In this document: positions 57,609 through 64,000 of the stretch, in pieces
Layout of the letters: the number at the start of each line of letters is the position of its first letter
How positions within the stretch are numbered: position 1 is the stretch's first letter
From: Schizochytrium sp. TIO01
Lineage: Eukaryota; Protista; Bigyra: Labyrinthulomycetes
DNA: 64,000 nucleotides
Direction of reading: 5' to 3'
Assembly: GCA_004764695.1 (NCBI GenBank)
Contig: SMSO01000031.1
Coordinates: 4,688,436 to 4,752,435 of the forward strand
The notes under the pieces: model-generated
What the model saw: the letters and a program-made list of their open reading frames with translations, nothing else
Told to the model about the DNA's origin: nothing
The model's database searches: none
Program-made: the position numbers and the translations under genes

Positions 57609-59067
57609 TTGTTGCTCCCCGTCAGCAGTGCTGTCAAGGCACTCATTGGTTGATTCGTCGATGCATTTGATCCATTGATGAATTTGATTCATTGGTCTAT
57701 TTGCGACTGTGCCTTTCGGGGTCCTTATTGCAGTTCGTCCATCTTCGCGCCATACTTACTTTCTTGAGTGGAACAAGTCTAAGACTCGCCGGGTCGACTC
57801 CAGAGAGCGAACCGCTTCGTGTCCTTCATTAGGTGCAAGGTCAACTGCCACTTGGATCGTGGCTGGTGAACAATGTCGTCTTTTGGATGTTTGGTCCCAG
57901 CTTTGGAAGCTTGATTTTTTGAAGCCCTCAGGGGTTTTCAGGGCCTTTTCAGGTTTAACAGGCTGAGTTTTCTGCTACAGGGCTCAACAGGCTGGTTTTG
58001 AGGCCGCCGCGATGACGAAGGTCACACGCACGCACGCACACACATTCACACTCTTACATTCACACATACACACGCACTTTTGAAAGAGCGAACTGTGCAT
58101 TGGAGTTTATTTAGCAAGTTACAAGACCAACCAGTGCTCTAAGTTGCTCGAATAAGGTGCTTCTCCAGAGATTGCCGTGGTGGGCTGCTCGGCTTGCTTG
58201 CCGTGCCTTTGAAAGGAAAATGATCTTTACCGAGAGGAAGAAGCTGCCACGCCTTTCTTGGTGTTCGTCTAACCAACCAACCAACCAGCTAACCACACTC
58301 GACGCGCTGTGTTCTATTATGCGCAGTAATTATTCTCGCGAAGTGGTCCCTACATCCTTTTTCACCCTTTCCCCAAAGTTGCTGCTGCTGCTGCTGCTGC
58401 TGCTGCGCTCAATATATGAAAGTTAAGAAACAGCCATGGTTCTTGAAAACCACTACTTGTAAGCACTTCGCATTGCAGACTCGAGTCTTGCTCCAGCCCA
58501 GCTACCCGAAAGAACAGCGGACTCTTTCAAATGTTCTCTTTCTACCTCGTGTGAATACCCCTCTCTCTGTCTCTCACACACAATCTTAATGAAAGAAATG
58601 AAAGAAATGTAATGAAATAAAATAAAATAAAATGGGTGCTTATGTAACTTTTGAATTTCAATTAAATAAGAACTTATTCTTTAAGAAACAATAATAAATA
58701 AAGAAAGGCCATCTTGTCGTTGATGAGTGAGAGACCGTTCATTCCCTCGAGCTCAAGTTGAAGCTCGAAAACGCGGGGCGTTCGCGCTCTCCACCTGCAC
58801 CGCATGCCTGTTTGTTTGTTTGTTTGTTTGCTTGTTTGCTTGCTTGCTTGCTTTCTTTCTGCCTGGCCTGGCGAGAGGCGCGTTCCTTTGGCGACGGCTG
58901 AACCCATACTGGACGGCCTTCTTTTGTGCGCCACGTGCTGATCACCACACGTAGCGCGGACCTCCCCACTCGTGAACTTCAATTGAAGCTCCTCAATTGC
59001 AGCGTTTCTATTGAAACTCTTGAAATGGTGCAATTCATCATCTTCAAATGTTGAAAATTTTGTAGAT

Positions 59068-59204
59068 AAGATTCTTCGATTGAAGAAGAAGTTCTGCAAT
59101 TGAAGTTCCTCAAAAGAGATTCTTTAAATGAAATTCTGCACTCGAAGTTCTCCAAATAAGATCCCTCAGTTATTGAAGAAGCTCTGCAACTGAAGTTCTT
59201 CAAA
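59068..59204. repeat. Degenerate 42-48 nt minisatellite, about 3 units
   Basis: Recurrent AGATYC...TCTGCA...GAAGTTCYYCAAA core. Confidence 0.6.
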
Positions 59205-61534
59205 TGAATGGAGCTTTCGGCGCCTGGAAACTGTCTGACTTGAATCAGCTCCAGAGCAGCCATCGCTATGTGCGCGCGCGCAAGAGGTGCTCGAGCCCAG
59301 CCAGTGAACGAACTCGAAGTCGTCGGCTTTGCTCTCTTGATGTCCTCTTGAAAGTATTCAAGCAACATAGCAACATAGCAACATAGAAAGCAAGCTCGCC
59401 CACTTGAAAAACCGGTCGAGGGCCGCCCGCCAGGCCATCGCTCATCTCCTCCGCAGGCTCTGTCCCTTCGCCTGACACGCAGTCCCAGCAGCTCATCCAA
59501 CTTACCCAACTTATTCAAGCATGTGTTTATTTCTTCAACTTCCTGGGCACGACGAGGAGGAGGAGGAGCACGTCTGCGCCTCTCTGATTTCGAGCGACTT
59601 TGTCCTCGTTATTTGTTTCCTCCCTCGAGAGCAGACCAAGTTCCCGACTTCTTCTCGGCCATTCACGTGCCTCTTTTTCCCTTCGAGATCTGCATCTGCG
59701 CATTTGACCTCTTCGCGTTGGACTCGCTAGCTTGGTCCGTCGGCCCGCTTACGACCAGGAGGCGGCTGCGCTTGGCTTCGCTACGCTTGGCTTCGCTTCG
59801 CTTCAAGGTCGGTTATTCGCTCGCTGGAAAGGCAGGCAGGCGGTTTTGATCTGCAGTCGGTGCGACGCTCTGCGCATCGTCATCAAAGCTGCGTGCATTT
59901 TGCAGCTCAGAGCACTCGTCTACAGCTTCTCCAATTGGCCCTCCCTCTCAAAACTCTCAAAAGGCTCCTTCTTCGCCCTCCCACATATGATATCATCATC
60001 GCAGGTATCTATCTATCTATCTATCTATACCTACCTACCTTCTACCTTCGAGCTGTCAACCCAAGTCGCTCGTCTGCTCGCAGACGCCCTGGTTCGTCTT
60101 TCTTTCTGCCTGTGTGTCTGTCTGTATGTCTGTCTGTCTGTCTGTCTGTATGTCTGTATGTCTGCGAGACAGCTTTGGTCGCGGCAGCTTTGGCCGCGGC
60201 GGCCTCTGTTGCGGCAGCCTTTGTCGCGCTGCTCTCAATTGTCGTAGCTCTCATCTATTAGAAAGTCTCCGCCGTTTGTTTTTTAAAAGTAAGTTTATTG
60301 CGTAGAGAAGGTAGGCAGGCAGTCAGTTCGTTGGTTCTTTTTCCTTCTCCTTTTCCTTTTCCTTTTCTTCTTTTTCCTCTTTTTCTTCCCGTCGCTCGTC
60401 GGTTTTGATCTCGATTCTCACAGCATGTGTCACAAATGTATTACAAGCAAGAAAAGCCACAGCAGAGCAGAGCAGTTCTCGTTTGAATCTCAATTTTATG
60501 ACAGTAAGAGGGCTCAAATCGCGCGAGATGAAAGATGGACGGATGGGTGAATCAACAAATAACTAACTACACTGATTGATCATTACATTAATTAATGTAT
60601 GTCGCTCAGGTTTCTGCGCCACGCCGCGCCGGGGCTGCCGGGAGGTAGATGGGCGGGACGCCTGCGTTGATTGAAGGCATGCATCAGTGGTGCAATCTTG
60701 AGCGGCGCAGCTAACCATCAGCGGTGCAACCATCAGTGCTCTTGCCTCTGAGGGTTGCTTACCTGAGTCTCGCTTGCTTGTTTCAATGGCGCTTTCTATT
60801 CATTCCACTTTTGTTCTTCTTTGCTCAATCAATTAATCAGTTGATTGATTAATTAATTCTAATTCATTCATTCATTCATTTTTAAAACAAACATGATTGT
60901 AAAACTTCTGGTTGCTCAGAGGGCGCGGGTTCTGTGAGTCTGTCTGTGAGCGAAGGCTTCGAGGGCTCTGACTGACTGCCTGGTTAGTCAGCTGGCTGGC
61001 TGCCGGTGGCTGAGCTCTAGAAGCTGGTTTCGGGTTCTTCGAAGCTAGTTGAAGCGGGTTGGAGCTATCGGTGGGGCTGAGGTCGAGCTAGAGAACAGAA
61101 TTTGGGGTCAACTTACTCGCTGTGCCACAAGCGTCCCCGCGAGCTCGCACCTTTCCAGGCAGTCAGTGCCAGTCACCGGTTCTTACACGTGCGCATAGCA
61201 AGTGCTAGGAGAGAGAGGATTTTTAATTGTTTTGAAACCAAATTTTAAAACTCTGGTGTAATATTAAACTCACTACTTCTTTAAACTTGCACAGAAAGCA
61301 ATCAATCAATACATCAATCAATCAATACATCGATCGATCAATACATCGGTTAATCAATCAATCAAAAATCAATAAATGCTCCAGCTACGGCTTGGTAGGC
61401 AGATGTTTAAAGCTAAAGAAAATAAAAATGCTTTTGCTTCGCCTCCTTATCTCGCGCTGTGACCTGTATGTCTAGTGGCGTGGCCTTTGCATCACTTGCC
61501 CAAAGCAACAGAGGTAGAAAGAGGCGACGCGTGT

Positions 61535-61565
<31 letters not shown>

Positions 61566-62172
61566 CTCGATGGGTGCCATTTAATTGAATGTACGTCATT
61601 AATTCGAACCGTGAGCTTTGGCCATCTCCTCGCTTGCGTCGGTACTCTCTGCAATGTCCCGGCAAGCAGCCAGCCAGTCGCTCGACCAGAAGCTGCTTGC
61701 TTTCAGGGTTTCCTAAAGCTTATAGACTTTCTGGAAATATTATCGTCCTCAGGAATGATGAGTGAATGTGTCGTTGAAGGCGAAGAGTGGCTGAAAGACT
61801 CGTTTGCCGGAACTTGGAAACAGAGGCGGGAACTGATATTTTGATGTTGTCAAATTGAGAGTTAGTTATTTTCACTCTTTTCAAGTTTACTATTATCGAA
61901 ATGATGAAATGAATCAAATTGAAATCGATTTAGCAAATGTAATATATCATCATGTTCTAAATCACCCGCCACGATGGCTGCCAAACTGCACGACATCAGT
62001 AGAGTTGGCACTCACTCATTCACTCATTCACTCATTCATTCATTCATTCGTTCATTCATTCAGGCCATCGTTACCGATGAGGAGAGCGCTTTCAAAACGG
62101 ACGAAGCCTCAAGCCTGGCTTCAGGAAGGCTGCTCGAGGAAGAAAGCAGGCACCTCATTAGTTAATTTTTGC

Positions 62173-62320
62173 TTTCTTTGTTTCTTTGTTTCTTTGTTTC
62201 TTTGTTTCTTTGTTTCTTTGTGTCTTTGTTTCTTTGTTTCTTTGTTTCTTTGTTTCTTTGTTTCTTAGTTTCTTTGTTTCTTAGTTTCTTTGTTTCTTTG
62301 TTTCTTTGTTTCTTTGTTTC
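62173..62320. repeat. (TTTCTTTG)n octamer tandem repeat
   Basis: Visible array with minor variants (TGTCTTTG, TTTCTTAG). Confidence 0.95.
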
Positions 62321-62894
62321 TGCGGTCGCTTGCTTCTAAGAGGCGCATGCATGCATGTATGTATGTATCTGAGCAGTCGCTCCACTTGACGCTGGCGCTG
62401 CGCAGGTCGGTTTCGCAGGCTGGACCGAGGCGCCGCGATTTCCTTCATTTCGTCCCAACTCGAAGGAAGCTAGCTAGCAAGCAAGCTTTCTTTCCATGAT
62501 TTCAAGCTTTCATCCATCCTCGCCCTCTACCACACCAGCTAGCCTTCCGCAGCTCCACGCGAATTCGACCTAAGCCAAGCCAAAGCTCAGCAGAGCAAAG
62601 GAACCGCATCGAATTACACCAAAGCTCAGCAAAGCTCTCGACTTCGGCGGAAACGTCGGAAGTTCGGAACCTACCTGAGAATAAAACGGGACCTTTCTCA
62701 AGATGACTCATATCGCATCGCATCGCATCGCATTCGCCACGAAGCAAACGAGTCCTCGTAACATGTGTAAATATGTACAGATCTATCCATTTAGTTTGCT
62801 GTCGTCTGCGAGTGCTTACATCGCTCAAGGTCTTGAGCTGCTCATCGATGATGCCGATCGAAGCCTTTTGCGGGGTCCTCTCCCAGCGAGCGCC

Positions 62895-62982
62895 CAAGCA
62901 AGCCAAAGATCACAAGCCAGCCAAAGATTACAAGCAAGCCAAAGATTACAAGCCAAAGCAAGTTTCAAGCCAAAGATTACAA
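62895..62982. repeat. 18-nt tandem repeat CAAGCMAGCCAAAGATYA, 3 full units plus partial copies
   Basis: Visible in sequence. Confidence 0.85.
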
Positions 62983-63464
62983 GGAGGCCGCATCTTTCAC
63001 AACGTTCGCGCGTAACACTTCGCGAAGCTACAGCATTCGCTTGTGAGCTCCAGCGCCTCTGAACTTGAAGTGAGCGAGCGACTATCTATTTACTTTACTG
63101 TTCGACTTCCTTCCTTCCTTCCTTCCTTCCTGCCTGAATGCCTGCCTGCCTGCCTGAATGCCAGCCTCCTCCGCGGTCCTGGCCAATAAACGTCGCAGAG
63201 GCGAGCTCGTTGATAGATCGATAGATCGATGGACAGCCCCAGACTTCGACTTGAGTTGCTTGCTTGCTTTGGCTTGCTTTGGCTTGCTTGGCCGGTTGTC
63301 TCGTGCCTTCCAAAGCCGCCACGAGCGTCCTCACGAAAGGTCACTTGCCGCTGTCTAGGTACACTTCCACCACCGCAGTGCCAGATTTCTCATGGAACTC
63401 GGACGGAACCATCCGTGTCGATGCGCACTTTTGCTGCTGTTTTTGTCTTTCTTTCCTTTTTTTT

Positions 63465-63527
63465 TTCTTCTTCTTCTTCTTCTTCTGCTTCTTCTTCTTC
63501 TTCTGCTTCTTCTTCTGCTTCTTCTTT
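63465..63527. repeat. (TTC)n/(TGC) compound microsatellite
   Basis: Visible in sequence. Confidence 0.9.
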
Positions 63528-64000
63528 TCTTTCCGCCTGCTTGTCATGTCTCAGGTTTGTTTGTTGGAATTTGCATTCCCTGGACGAGCTCTGGTGGTTT
63601 CAAATTGCGAAGCTACGTTTGCGCTCTCTTGAATCGGCGCTGTGAGGCGCGCGAAGGCGAGAAGGGAAACGAGCGAAGGCAAGGAGACCAGCGGTGAGGA
63701 GTAAGTGATTGATGTATATATATGGTGAATATGAATAAGCAGGAAGGGCCGTGCAGTATGGCTAGCTGGCTGGCTTGCTGGCTTGCTTGCTTGCTTAGGA
63801 ATGAAGCCAATCTTGGGGTCGCTGGAATGGATGAAGAAGAATGAATACCTGGAATTATTGATAACCACATAAGCAGGAAAGCGAAGACTGGTGGAGGGAG
63901 GCGTCAAAAGGGGAGTTAGTTGGTGGGTGGAGATTGTGTGATAGTGAGTGGTGATGCTGATGGGAAAGAGCAAACACATGCAGACAGGGGTCGTTCGTTG

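Noticed and set aside
62895-62982. CRISPR-like array
   Set aside because: Direct tandem units without unique spacers, eukaryotic context, and no cas genes.
55026-63979. Short ORFs in the terminal 10 kb
   Set aside because: Their translations are microsatellite by-products (LLAC, ASKQ, poly-A/S/L/K) with no domain signal.

Overview
Eukaryotic nuclear DNA from an intron-poor protist. The style of the genes and intergenic microsatellites suggests a stramenopile, possibly a thraustochytrid; this is an inference. About 11 protein-coding genes lie in the first 54 kb: a WD40-like protein, a single-pass adhesin-like membrane protein, a 3-exon ABHD17-like hydrolase, a kinesin-7-like motor, a CDIN1/C15orf41-like nuclease, SEL1L/Hrd3, YchF/OLA1, an Ariadne RBR E3 ligase, two hypotheticals, and one giant gene. 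The last 10 kb is microsatellite-rich and has no credible gene. The dominant feature is an apparently intronless gene of about 24.7 kb (18257-42974, about 8,240 aa once a single +1 frameshift at TTT_CGA is bridged). It encodes a DUF3638/DUF3645 helicase-like P-loop ATPase carrying a ubiquitin-like domain, 2-3 Tudor-like, 2 thioredoxin, 2 WWE, SPRY, SAM, EF-hand, Zn-finger, 2 LamG-like and receiver-like modules, plus a probably inactive cysteine-protease-like domain. This is the best candidate for an undescribed sensor/effector system. Other oddities: a -1 frameshift at G_GGA_AAG and a half-degenerate RING1 in Ariadne, an ABHD17 stop only 9 nt upstream of and in frame with the next gene, and a 173-nt convergent CDS overlap. 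Both frameshifts may simply be assembly indels. All domain calls are by-eye motif recognition; no database searches were run.
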